This document shows positions 48,404 through 61,900 of a stretch of 64,000 nt of DNA, piece after piece (positions within the stretch are counted from its first letter, which is position 1; each line of letters opens with the position of its first letter). The translations under genes were made by a program, and so were the position numbers. Source of the DNA: Malacoraja senta (Eukaryota). The notes below the pieces were generated by a model. It was not told the DNA's origin. It did not search any database and saw nothing but the letters and a program-made list of their open reading frames with translations. The stretch is taken from the NCBI GenBank assembly GCA_038087875.1, contig CM075989.1, positions 20,896,001 through 20,960,000 of the forward strand, written 5' to 3'.

Positions 48404-48660
48404 GGGGGGGGGGGGCGGGGAAGCAGCGTGTCGGGTCGAGCTGCGCGGGCGCGGCGCGGCTGATCGGAGCGTGATCACCAATCAGCGGCGGGGACCCGCA
48501 CGTGTACAGCGCCGCCATTGGCGGGCCGCAGGGCAACCCTCCGCACACCGGACCAATGGCGAGCCCGCTCCTTCATGTGCATGGGCCCGGCCAGCCGCTG
48601 GGCCGCCGTTACCCCGGCAACCGCCACTGGGCGCCGCCATTGCTCCCGCCTCTATATATA
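48400..48660 (-). promoter_or_regulatory. CpG-rich ARRDC4 promoter core: three CCAAT boxes, E-box, RFX X-box
   Basis: CCAAT 48478-82, ATTGG 48517-21, CCAAT 48553-57; CACGTG 48499-504; GTTACCCCGGCAAC 48608-21; high CpG density directly upstream of exon 1. Confidence 0.75.
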
Positions 48661-48661
48661 C

Positions 48662-48673
48662 CCAGACAGACAG

Positions 48674-48730
<57 letters not shown>

Positions 48731-49212
48731 GAGAGACACAGACACAGACACAGACACAGACACACAGACACACAGACACACAGACACACAGACAGACAGA
48801 CAGACAGACAGACACACACACACAGCCAAACAGACAGACACACACACACACAGACAGACAGACAGACACACACAGAGACAGACACACACACAGACACACA
48901 CTCAGACCGACACACACAGACAGGCGCACACGCGCACACAGACAGACATATATACACACACGCACTGACACGTACACACACACAGACACACATATATACA
49001 CACAGACAGACAGACACACAAACAGACAGGCGCACACAGACAGGCGCACACGCACACACAGACAGACATACATACACACACACACACACACTGACACGTA
49101 CACACACACACATATATACACACACAGACAGACAGACACACAAACAGACAGACACATAGACAGACACACACACTGACATGTACACACACAGACACACACA
49201 CACAGACACACA
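48662..49212. repeat. Compound (CA)n/(CAGA)n microsatellite
   Basis: Directly visible. Confidence 0.95.
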
Positions 49213-51443
49213 AAGTCAGTGCTGGAGTAACTCAGCGGGACAGGCAGCACCTCTGGAGAGAAGGAATAAGGTGATTTTTTGGGTCGAGACCCTTCTTCAG
49301 ACTTCAGAGGGGGAGACTAGAGATATGGAAGGGCAAGGTGTTAAAATGATAGTTCGAAGCAGACGGTGACCAAAGGAAATGTAGAATTGATCATCGTGTA
49401 GGAAGGAACTGCAGATGCTGGTTTACACCAAAGGTAGACACAAAATGCTGGAGTAACTCAGCGGGACAGGCAGCAACTCTGGAGAGAAGGAATAAGCTGA
49501 CGTCTCGGGTCGAGACCCTTCAGACTGAGTCGGGAGAGGGAAACGAGAAATATAGACGGGGATATAGGACAAATGAAAGATGTTCAAAAAAGTAACAATG
49601 ATAAAGGAGACTGGTGCCATTGTTAGCTGTGGGCTAGGTGAAAACGGGTTACAGACAATCAGACTCAACAAAGGTAGACAAAAAAGCTGGAGAAACTCAG
49701 CGGGTGAGGCAGCATCTATGGAGCGAAGGAATAGGCGACATTTTGGGTTGAGACCCTTACGTCGCCTATTCCTTCGCTCCATCGATGCTGCCTTACCCGC
49801 TGAGTTTCTCCAGCTTTTTTTGTCTACCATCGATTTTTCCAGCACCTGCAGTTCTTTCTTAAATATTTATCATGCAAGTAATTGACTGTTCAAAGATAAC
49901 CATAACACATAGATCCATTGAGTCTGCCTGTCTATTCGATCATGGCTATCTTTCCCTCTCAACCCCATTCTCCTGCCTTCTCCCCTTAACCTTTGATGCC
50001 CTTACCAATCAAGAACCTATCAATCTCTGCTTTGAAAGCACCCATTGACTAGAAGCTATTGTTACTGATAGAAAATTGTGACTCAATAAGATGTATTAAA
50101 ACTTATAAAAGTAAAATCAGTGTTAGTATATCAACAAAACATAATTACCACATTAGTAAATGGCCATTAAATGGTAATTATAACACAGGCAGGTATTGTA
50201 CCAGTTATGTACTTTATTTTCACCCATTGTAGGAAGATCAAAGAGGTTAATTAAACCTGTTTTGCAATTAAGATTCACTGACTTTTTAAAATTATGTTTT
50301 AAAAATAACTTAATAGGATTTATTAGTTTGCTAATGATTAATCACTTTGGAGCAATATTGCTGTGTAATTAAGAAAGAGAGAATGCCATTTCCTCTCTGA
50401 AATTAACAACGGGTTCATTAACAAAAAAATTAGAGCAATGCGTGTGGCTCTAAGATGCGTTATTTCTGATTGCCAACTTCTCCAAATTACGGTAAAAATT
50501 GCAGTATCCATGCTGAGATGGGGTGGAGCTGCCAAGTTTCCCAATGTCTAGTTGTATGTTCTCAGAGGAATTTATAAGTTCATAAGAGATTGGAACACAA
50601 TTAGGCCCTTCGGTCCATCAAGTCTGCTCCGCCATTCAATCATGGCTGATCTATTTTTCCACTCAACTACATTCTCCTGCCTTCTTTGATATTGTTGCTC
50701 ATCAATGTCTGCTTTAAAAAAGACCAATGACTTGGCCTCCACTGCCATCTGTGGCAAAGAATTCCACAGATTCACCACAGAAATTCCTCCTCATCTCCTT
50801 CCTAAAGGTACATCCATTAATTCTGAGGCTATTACCTCTGGTTCTAGACTCTCCCACTACTGGAAACATCCTCTCCACATCCACTCTATCAAAATTCGGT
50901 AGGCTTCAATGAGATTCCTCCTCGTTCTTCTAAGTTCCAACTAATACAGGCCCAGAGCCATGAAATGTTCCTCATACATTAACCCAATCATCACCGGGAT
51001 CATTCTTGTAAATCTCCTCTGGACCCTCTCCAACGCCAGCACATCTTTCTTCAGATATGGGGCCCAGTTGATGGGGTACACAGCAATTTAGTACCTACCT
51101 CCACATCCCCAGAGCCAGGCACGATAGCTTTGGAAACACAAGGATGCTGAAAACTTGTGTAGAACTCAAAGCACTGGATAACACAGCGGGTCAGGCAGCG
51201 CAAAGCGCAGACAGCATCATCACAGACCCGCACCACCCTGGCCACACACGCATTTCACCCCTGCATTCGGGAAGAATGTAGAGGAGCCAGAAAACTGTAA
51301 CATCCAGGTTCAGGAACAGTTTCTTCCCTACAGTCATCCAGCTATTAAACACTACAACCTCAAATAAGCTCTGAACTACATTGACTATTATTGTTATTAT
51401 TGCACTATTATTGTTTGTTTTTATGTGTGTGTGTGTGCATGCT

Positions 51444-51485
<42 letters not shown>

Positions 51486-52934
51486 TATGATCTATATATA
51501 TATATGTGTATTTGTGAGTATGTGTATATATACACACACTGAAGTTTTTTTTCCTCACATTTACTATATTGTTTTCAGAGTACTATGTTTATATATTCTG
51601 TTGTGCTGCTGCAAGTAAGAATTTCATTGTTCTATCTGGAACATACAATAAAACACTCTTGACATCTGGAGGGCATGAATAGACTACGTTTTGTGTCGGG
51701 ACCATTATTCAGATTCTTCTTTCCCACCTTCCCCTTTCTCAGCCTGAAGAAGGGTCCCAACCTGAAACGTCAACTATCCATTTCCTCCAGGGAAGCTGTC
51801 TGGCCCGTTGAGTTACTCCAGCATTCTGTGTTCAATGGTAGGGTTGGAAGCTGAAAGGATTAATGCTCTTTGCTCCCAAGAATCAGCCGATTGTCGAAGC
51901 AATGACCACATAAAAGCTGAAGAAATGCAGCTCTATATCTTTTTAACTTCCTTTGAGTAACACCTTTCCACATTCTGCACAGTCCTTCCTTCTAAGTCCA
52001 TCCACCATAACTCGTGTGAATTCCCTTTCTTCCAACTCTCCTCTCAGCTTTAAGTTTAAAGTTTATTATTGTCAGAAGTACCAAGGTACAGTGAAAAGCT
52101 TTTGTTTGCATGCTATCCAATTAAACCAAGTAGCGCTACACATGAATGGAGTTAAGGCAAACTCAAGTACACAAAAAGTAGAGTGAAGAGAAAGATATAG
52201 AGTGCAGAATATAGTTCTCAGCATACAAGTGCAAGAGAATACATCTAGATTTTTTCTCTCTTTGCAACTGTCGTCCGTTCTTCATTTTGTCTCTCCAAAC
52301 CTAATAATTCTGCAGAAGGGTTCCCACCCGAAATGTCACCTATTAGTTTTCTCTAGAGATGCTGACTGACTCGCTTGGTTACTCCAGCATTTGGTGTTTA
52401 TCCGCAGTTCCTTCCTACCAACAAGGACAGCTGTTTTGCTGCAGAGCATGAACATGACCATCGTGCATTTCTATCCTTCTTTCCCCTTCTTTCAAGTTTC
52501 ATGTTCTTAAAAATATAGATCCTTATCTTGGTCTTAAAGGCCAGTTGTCCTGGCGGCGGGCATTGAGTCTGTGTTACAAGGGTTGGCATGGCCTAGCAAT
52601 TATGTCGATGTCCTCCAACGTGTCTCCACCATTGCAGGTCCGCTTGCACATCATTCTTTTATTCAGAGATTTTTTGATTGCCAGTTTTCTGGTGGCTGGA
52701 AGGGATGAAACAATTCATATGGAATTGTTGGCCCACTTTTTGGTTTTGCCTTGATACTTCCATTTTAATTCTTTAATTTTTATTCAGCTTTAACTTGCAT
52801 TTCTGTTGTTTTAGTTTCATGGGTTTAGTAATTCACTTTCACATTATGAAATGGTGAAATGCAAAATGTCGTTGGAGAAATTTTGCTAGCACTGAAATCC
52901 TTTATTTTTAAATTATTAGAGAGATACTTAGAAT

Positions 52935-55900
52935 ACTTAGAAAGATACTTAGGAGGTGTCAAATGGGATAGTCAAGGACGGAGTTAAAGGGAAAGGGAGT
53001 AAAGGGATAGTTAATGACCCCAGAATTAACGGGAAAGAAAGCTCACAAAGGGATAGGAGAGTATGGCCAAGTGTAGTAGGGATCGATGTGAATGGTGAGA
53101 TGCGTAAAGAATTAAATGTACCGTTTTTGAATGTGCAAAGTATAAGAAGTAAAGTAGATGAGCTTGAGGCTCAGATAGAGGTTGGTAGATATGGCATTGT
53201 GGGGATTACCGAGAATGGTGGCTGCAGGAGGATCGGGTCTGGGAACTTAATATTCAGGGTTATACATCCTATAGAAAGGACAGGCAGGTGGGCAGAGGAG
53301 GGGGGGGGGTAGCTCTCCTGGTGAGGGATGGAATTCAGTCCCTTGCGAGGGAAGACATAGGGACTGACGAGGTAGAGTCACTGTGGATTGAGTTGAGGAA
53401 TTGCAAAGGCAAGAAGACATTAATTGGTGCTATCTACAGACCCCAAATAGTAGCCCGGATGTAGGGTGTAAGTTGCAGCAGGAGTTAAAACTGGCATGTA
53501 ACAAAGGTAATGCCACTGTGGTGATGGGGGATTTCAATATGCAGGTAGACTGGGAAAATCAGGTTGGTTCAGGACCCCAAGAAAAGGAGTTTGTAGTGTG
53601 CTTCCGAGATGGATTCTTAGAGCAGCTTGTAATGGAGCCGACCAGAGAAAAGGCAATTCTGGATTTAGTGTTTTCCAATGAACCAAATTTGATAAGAGAA
53701 CTCGAGGTAAAGGAACCGCTTGGAGGTAGTGATCATAATATGATTAGTTTTAATCTGTAATTTGAGAAGGAGAAGGTTAAATCGGAAGTGGCAGTGATGC
53801 ACCTGAACAAAGGGGATTATGAAGGCATGAGAGGGGAGCTGGCCAAGGTAGCCTGGAAAGGGATACTAGCAGGAATGACAGTGGAACAGCAATGGCAGGA
53901 ATTTCTGGGCATAATCCAGAAGACGCAGGATCATTTCATTCCAAAAAGGAAGAAAGATTCTAAGAGGAGTAGGAGGCAACCGTGGCTGACAAGAGAAGTT
54001 CGGGATAGAATAAAATGAAAAGAAAAGATGTATAACACAGCAAAGAGTAGCCAGAAGCCAGAGGATTGGGAAACTTTCAAAGGACAACAGAAGGAAACAA
54101 AACGGGCAATACGGGCTGAAAAGATGAAGTACGAAGGGGAGCTGGCCAGGAATATAAAGAAGGACAGTAAAAGCTTCTTTAGATATGTCAAGGGAAAAAG
54201 AGTAGCAAAGTCAAATGTGGGTCCCTTGAAGGCAGACACGGGTTAAATTATTATGGGGAACAAAGAAATGGTACTTCGGATCTGTCTTCACTAAGGAAGA
54301 CACAAACAATCTCCCAGAAGTACTGGAGGACAGAGGATCTAAGGGGTTCGAGGAACTGAAAGAAATTTTCATTAGGCGAGAAATAGTATTGGGTAGGCTA
54401 ATGGGACTGAAGGATGATAAATCCCCGGGGCCTGATGGACTGCATCCCAGGGTCCTCAGGGAGGTGGCTCTAGAAATAGTGGACGCATTGGTGATCATTT
54501 TCCAATGTTCAATAGATTCAGGATCAGTTCCTGTGGATTGGAGGATAGCTAATGTTATCCCACTTTTCAAGAAAGGAGCGAGAGATAAAACGGGGAATTA
54601 CAGACCAGTTAGCCTGACTTCGGTTGTGGGAAAGATGCTGGGATCAATTATTAAAGAGGTAATAATGGCGCCTTTGAATAGCAGTAAAAGAATTAGTCCA
54701 AGTCAGCATGGATTTATGAAAGGAAAATCATGCTTGACTAATCTTCTGGAATTTTTTGAGGATGTGACAAGTAAAATGGATGAAGGGGAGCCAGTGGATG
54801 TAGTGTATCTAGACTTTCAGAAAGCCTTTGATAAGGTCCCGCACGGGAGATTGGTGACTAAAATTAGATCACATGGTATTGGGGGTAGGGTGTTGACGTG
54901 GATAGAAAATTGGTTGGCAGACAGGAAGCAAAGAGTAGGAGTGAACGGGTCCTTTTCAGAATGGCAGGCAGTGGCGAGTTGAGTGCCGCAAGGCTCGGTG
55001 TTGGGGCTGCAACTGATTACCATATATATTAATGATTTGGAAGATGGAATTAGGAGCAACACTAACAAGTTTGCGGATGACACAAAGCTGGGTGGCAGTG
55101 TGAACTGTGAAGAGGATGTTAGGAGGTTGCAGGGTGACCTGGACAGGTTGAGTGAGTGGGCAGATGCGTGGCAGATGCAGTATAATATCAATAAATGTGA
55201 GGTTATCCACTTTGGTGGCAAAAACAAGGGGGCAGATTATTATCTCAATGGGGTTAGGTTAGGGGGAGGTACAGCGAGACCTGGGTGTCCTTGTACACCG
55301 GTCACTGAAAGTTGGCGTGCAGGTACAGCAGGCAGTGAAGAAAGCTAATGGAATGTTGGCCTTCATAACAAAAGGATTTCAGTATAGGAGTAGAGAGTTT
55401 CTTCTGCAGTTGTATAGGGCTCTGGTAAGACCACATCTGGAGTATTGCGTACAGTTTTGGTCTCCTAATTTGAGGAAGGACATCCTTTTGATTGAGGCAG
55501 TGCAGCGTAGTTTCACGAGATTGATCCCTGGGATGGAGGGACTGTCAGATGAGGAAAGATTGAAAAGACTAGGCTTGTATTCACTGGAGTTTAGAAGGAT
55601 GAGGGGGGATCTTATAGAAACATATAAAATTATAAAAGGACTGGACAAGCTAGATGCAGGAAAAATGTTCCCAATATTGGGCGAGTCCAGAACCAGGGGC
55701 CACAGTCTTAGAATAAAGGGGAGGCCATTTAAGACTGAGGTGAGAAAAAACGTTTTCACCCAGAGAGTTGTGAATTTGTAGAACTCCCTGCCACTGAGGG
55801 CAATGGAGGCCAAATCACTGGATGGATTTAAGAGAGAGTTAGATAGAGCTCTAGGGGCTAGTGGAATCAAGGGATATGGGGAGGAGGCAGGCACGGGTTA

Positions 55901-55995
55901 TTGATTGGGGACGATCAGCCACGATCGCAATGAATGGCGGCTCGAAGGGCCGAATGGCCTCCTCCTGCACCTTTTTTCTATGTTTCTATGTTTTT
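52935..55995 (+). mobile_element. CR1-clade LINE (HER1-like), near-complete ORF2 (APE endonuclease + RT), inactivated
   Basis: FLNVQSIRSK, VVMGDFN, ILDLV, GSDH, KSPGPDG, YRPVSLTS, YLDFQKAFDKV, KFADD, RPHLEYCVQFWSP; several stops and frameshifts; (TTTCTATG)n tail. Confidence 0.92.
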
Positions 55996-58900
55996 ATGTA
56001 ATATTATAGTACAGTACAATCAAAATCAACATGGATTTATGATTTATAATGGGGAACATGTATTTGATGATGGGGAACATGTATTTGATGAGTTTCTTAG
56101 CGTTCTTTGACTATTAAGAATCAGTAGGATTTATAACAAAGGAACATGTAGATTCAGTGTATTTAGATTTCCAGAAGGCATTAGTCTTTAGAGATACAAT
56201 ACGGAAACAGGCCCTTTAGCCAACCGAGTCCGCGCCGACCAGCGATCACCCCATATACTAGCCCTTTTAACAATTTACAATTTTTACTGGAGTCAATTAA
56301 CCTGCAAACCTGTACGTCTTTGGAGCATGGGAGGAAACCAGAGCTCCCGGAGAAAACCCACACGGTCACAGGAAGAACTTACAAACTCTGTATGGACAGC
56401 ACCCATAGACCTGGGTCTCTGGGGATGTAAGGCAGCAACTTTACCGCTGCGCCACCATGCTGCATTAGATGCAACATAAAATCATACTGCACAAGCTAAG
56501 ATCTTATGACATTGGGGACAAACAATTTTTTATCATTGATGGAAGATCAGGTAAAAACAGAACAGGGAGATGGGATTTCACAGGAACATATCAGCCTTTC
56601 CAACCCAGGTGCGGGCAGGTTGGGGGATCCATGAGCAAGCATGTGCTGGTGCAGATGGCCCAAGCATCCTGACAACTGAATCTATCACAATGCACAGGCC
56701 CTGGTGGGGAATCTGCTCACCTGTGCCAGGTTAGAATGAAGCAAAACACAAAGTGCTGGAGATACTCGGCAGGTCAGGCAGCAACTGAACCATCCTATCA
56801 ACAACTAAAGAGGTCCTGTGTTACTCTCCACCTCATTGGAGACCCTTGGACTATCTTTGATCGAACTTTACTGTACTTTATCTTGCACTAAATGTTCTTT
56901 ACGTTATTCCCTTTATCCTGTATCTGTACACTGTGGGTGGCTCGAATTGTCTTTTCGCTGACTGGTTAGCATGCAACAAAAGCTTTTCACTGTACCTGGC
57001 TACACATGACAATAAACTAAAATAACTCACTAATCTGTGGAGGGAATGGACAGATGACATTTCTTCAGACTGATGGCGTAGAAAGGGGAGAGCTTTATTG
57101 TTTTAGTTTTGTTTATAGTTTTAGGGATACAGCATGGAAACAGGACCTTCGGCCCATTAAGTCCACGCTGACCATCAATCACATGTACACTAGTTCTACA
57201 CCTACACACTAGGGAAAATTTACAGAAGCCAATTAACCTACAAACTTGCACATCTTTGGAGTGTGGGAGGAAACCGGAGCAATGGGGAAAACCCACGCAG
57301 GTGACAGGAAGAACGTGCAAACTCCGTACAGACAGCACCCATAGTCAGGATCGAACTCGGGTCTACGGCGCTGTGAGGCAACAACTCTACCGCTGGGCCA
57401 TTGTCTGGGTATATTTTCAATATATATGTAATTCACTCTTTTGAAAGAAACTATTTTCTGCAGACGGCATTAATGGGCCACCAAGTTCCCACTGCTGCTC
57501 AGATGATGGTAATTTTCACCTCCCATTTGTTCAAATGTGCCATCTGGTGGAATTTGAGTGCACCAGCTACCTGAAGCAGCTCACTGGTGCCATCTCATGT
57601 CCGCACATGGCGTTGAAGGTTAATTTGGCTGCTGATAAAGCTTTCCTGAGGCAATTGCATTACAAGCTCATCCTGTAAGTATTCTGCTCAGCCAGACTTT
57701 GCTTGAGGAGAATGATTAAATATTCCATGTGATCTGTGGGAAAAAAAAATCTTATTGCCCTGTTTAAGAACTGAGCATTCAAAGGACATGGTTTAATATG
57801 TGACAAATTACATTTAGCATTCTGCTGATTATTTATTGCCATTTCCATTTATTTTCTTCCATTAGCAGCATTAGATTTCATCAGATAATGAACCTACAAA
57901 GTAAATATTGCCAACTGATTTTTTAAAACTAGCATTTAAATATAGTTTGAATATTTGAATAATCTCTAGAGCACAAACTCCTGCAGCAATTACTTTCAAT
58001 AAACCATATGAGCTTAAATTCTCTATTTTTTTTGTAGCTTAATAATTTGATGAGGACATGATGTTTTCAATAACAGTTGCATGTTAAGAAATTTAGCAGT
58101 TACAGAATGAGGAGACTTTTTTAACCTGCCAACGTCCGGCTTTTACAATTTCATTGGAAATACAGGTCCACCACCGATTTTCCTGCACCCTTGGTTCCAG
58201 AGCCTTGCCGTATTAACCGTTTTGCCGGACCAACAGAGGTCACGTAATAATGATACAATGCAAAGTTGGTCTTGGAAGTCTAAGGGAAGCATCCATTGGC
58301 TCCGGCCAGGTCAGAGTTACAGAGCCCTGGCCGCAGGGGGCAGATTCCACCCGCCAATCGGCTGTGGATGTCCCGATGAGGTCGAGATCGGCCGCCTCAC
58401 CCGGCCTAGGCACCACATGTTCATGGAGACTTCCTGGGGGGATTTTAAAGAAAGGGGGTGAGGAGGAACTTCTTTAGTCAGAGGGTAGTTAATCTGTGGA
58501 ACTCATTGCCACAGAGGGCTGTGGAGGCAGAGATAAGTGGATATTTTTAAGGCAGAGATAGACAGATTCTTGATTAGATCGGATGTCAAGGGTTATGGGG
58601 AGAAGGCAGGATAATGGGATCAGGAGGCAGAGAACAGCCATGACTGAATGGCAGAATGGACTCGATGAGCAGAATGGATTCAATGGGCCGAATGACCTAA
58701 TTGAACTCCGATAACTTGAACTTGTAAGTGCGCTCCTGTCATTTTGCCTGACCACCAGTTGCCGGAAGATTGGTGGTGGACCTGTATTTGGTCAACTGTT
58801 GAAAGAAAACCTGTTATCCTGAAAAAAATGAGAGTCACAAGTTCCAAATATCAGCGATATTATATTTTACAATTCATGTTGCCACAAATAACATTTAATA

Positions 58901-61900
58901 ACCTAAGGCAAGATTTTTCACTTCAATGTTCTTGCTGAGCTGAATGGATGGAATTGTTTTTCCTTTGCATCCGTTGAAGTAAAGAGACAGAGAAGATGCG
59001 GTGGTTATTTTCCAGGCATATACTCATGTCTCAGGTCACCAGCACTAGAAAATCTCCTGAGTTCTTTTCCCTCTTTTATTTTTATTTCAAATGCATTCAA
59101 TGTGTTGATTAGATTCTGCACATCAGCTTGAAAAAAATAAATAAATAAATAAATAAACTGCAGATGCTGGAAATGAGATATGCAATCAAGAGAATAATCA
59201 ACGCCCTCATCAGGTCAGTCAGCATCTGTGGAGAGAGAAATAGAGCTGACATTTCATGTTGAAGCCCCTTCACATGCTGTACAAAAAATAAAGTACTGAA
59301 GGAGTTCAGTGGGTCAAGCAGCATCTGTGGAGTCTCTCCATTTCCTCCACAGATGCCGCCTGACCCATTGAGTTCCTTCAGCACTTTGTTTTTTGGTCAA
59401 AAATTCCAGCATCTGCAGTTTCTTGTCTCTCTACTTCAAATGATGTGACTTAAAATGTTTATATTTTAACAAAAGTTTGTGTTTGATCTGGAATGTGCCA
59501 GAGTTATGTATGATTCAGTCAGATGGATTAATATGGTTGATGTATTTTGAGTTGAACTCTATGGGCCTATCTATTTACTCAAGACCACTGAGCCCTTGTT
59601 GAGAGTGAGTGGAGGAAGCATTTTTAGAAGCGATACCCATTTCTTATTTATTGTAGGCTTTATTCCTTTCCTCCATGACTCCTAGGAACTGACGTTCTGT
59701 GACTAAAACAATAAAGCCTGAATCATTTAATTGATTAATGGTGTCTACTTTCATTTAATTGATTGAAAGATTCAGCATGGAAACTGGCAACCATTAGGCG
59801 CCTGTCATTCTACATGGATAGGACAGATTTGGAGGGATATGGACCAAATGCTGGCAGGTGGGACTAGTGTAGCTGGGACATGTTGGCTGGTGTGGACAAG
59901 TTGGGCCAAAGGGCCTGTTTTCACACTGTATCACTCTATGACCCTATCACCTCAGCCCACCAAGTCCATGGCAACCATCGATCACGCATTCTGCACTCAT
60001 CCCACCCTTCCTTTAGAGCAGGGAGGTAAGGTTCTGCACATCAACAGATGACATCACCATGTGCTGCGTCCCAATATCGCCACGTGTCTTAATTTGTCTT
60101 TGGTTTTAGAGAAACAGCATGGAAACAGGCTCTTCGGCCCACTGAGTCCATGCTGACTATCGATCACTTCTATGTTCTCACTCTCGCATCCACTTCCTAC
60201 ACACTAGGGGCAATTTTACAGAGGCCAATTAACCTACAAACGCGCACGTCTTTGGGATGTTGGAGGAAACCGGAACGCCCAGAGGAAACACATCTAGTCA
60301 CAAGGAGAACGTGCAAACTCTACGCAGACAACACCTGAGGTCAGGATCAAACTCGGATCTCTGGCGTTGTGAGGTAGAAGCTCTGCCAGCTGCACCTCGG
60401 TGCGACCTGGCAGGAAACGTTTGAAATAATTTTGCTTAAGATGTATTTTTTAAGGACTAGAGTATGGGAAATGAGAAATGATTGACTATCAAAGGACAAT
60501 TGCCTGCGAGTCAGATTATGTAGTACAATGCTTGAATGTGTTGTACTTGAATGTGCACAGTTTCTGAATAAGGGGTAGGCTATTTAGGATTGAGATGAGG
60601 AAAATCTTTTTCACCCAGAGAGTTGTGAATCTGTGGAAATCTCTGCCACAGAAAGCAGTTGAGGCCAATTCACTGGATGTATACAAGAGAGAGTTAGATA
60701 TAGCTCTTCGAGCTAATGAAATCAAGGGATATGGGGAGAATGGGGTACAGATTCTGGATGATCAGCCATGATCATATTGAATGGCGATGCTGGCTCGAAG
60801 GGATGAATGACCTACTCCTGCACCTGTTTTCTATGTTTCTATGTATTGTGTGATCCATTTTCTGAGAAACTAAATGCAAACAAAAGTTAACACTGTACTC
60901 CGTGCATCCTCCATGTAGGACATGGATGCCCAGGGCTGTTCAATGATGTGTGATGGGTTTGTGCAGAATCAGGCTTTCAGTGCATCTGTGAAGCTTGCTC
61001 CCGTAAAACTTAAAGGGGATTTCTGAGAACATGTCATGAGCCACTATTGCAGACTTCACTAAAGTAGTTATAAAAGCAGGAAATGCTGAAACCACTCAGA
61101 AAGCCAGGAAAGAGAAACAGAGTTAATGGCTCAAGTCACATCAGAAGAGTTAGACACAAAATGCTGGAGTAACTCAGCGGGACAGGCAGCATCTCTGGAG
61201 AGAAGGAATGGGTGATGTTTTGGGTCGAAACCCTTCCCCAGACTGAGAGTCAGGGGAGAGGGAGACGGAGATAAGGAAGGGCAAGGTGTGAAAATGAAAG
61301 ATCATAGGGGACGAGGTTCATGAAAATGTAGAATAGATCATTGTTAGCTGAGGGGAAGTAGACAACGAGGCATACAAGAGTTAGCTGTTTCTCTTCTCAT
61401 GGATGCTCCCTGATCTGCTGAGGTTTCTCTCCTCTTTTGATCTGCTCCTCTTTATACACCTTTACACCTCTATTATACACCTCTGTACATCTCTGCACCT
61501 ATCCTGCGCTCCAAGGAATAAAGTCCTAACCTCTTCTAACATCTCCCTATAGCACAGGGCCTCGAGTCCTGGCAACAGCTTTGTAAATCAACGTTGTCAT
61601 CGTGACTCCCAACCCTAATATTACGACACAGCTAATCCTCGACTCTGGTGGATAGATTTGAGAAGAAGAAATTGGTCGGAAAATGTTGTTCAAATTTTGC
61701 TGTTTCTGACTAACAGTTAATTTATGGACAAATTGTCATTGATTAATTTTCAGGATATCAATGAACATATTCAACTGACACCCCGCTGTGAATATCCCGC
61801 CAATATCAGCCTGTAGAAGGATCCTGACCCGAAACGTCACCTATCCATGTTCACCAGAGATGCTGCCTGACCCGCTGAGTTACTCCAGCACTTTGCGTAT

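Noticed and set aside
46609..48474. Long 325-540 aa ORFs (Pro-rich or Gly/Trp-rich) on both strands
   Set aside because: Stop-free translations of the minisatellite and low-complexity DNA; only 47730-47982 is real coding sequence.
48471..49250. HT/CV-rich ORFs
   Set aside because: Translations of CA/CAGA microsatellites.
58161..58430. Possible Tc1/mariner-Tigger left end (TA-CAGGTCCACC)
   Set aside because: No matching right TIR found; too weak to call.
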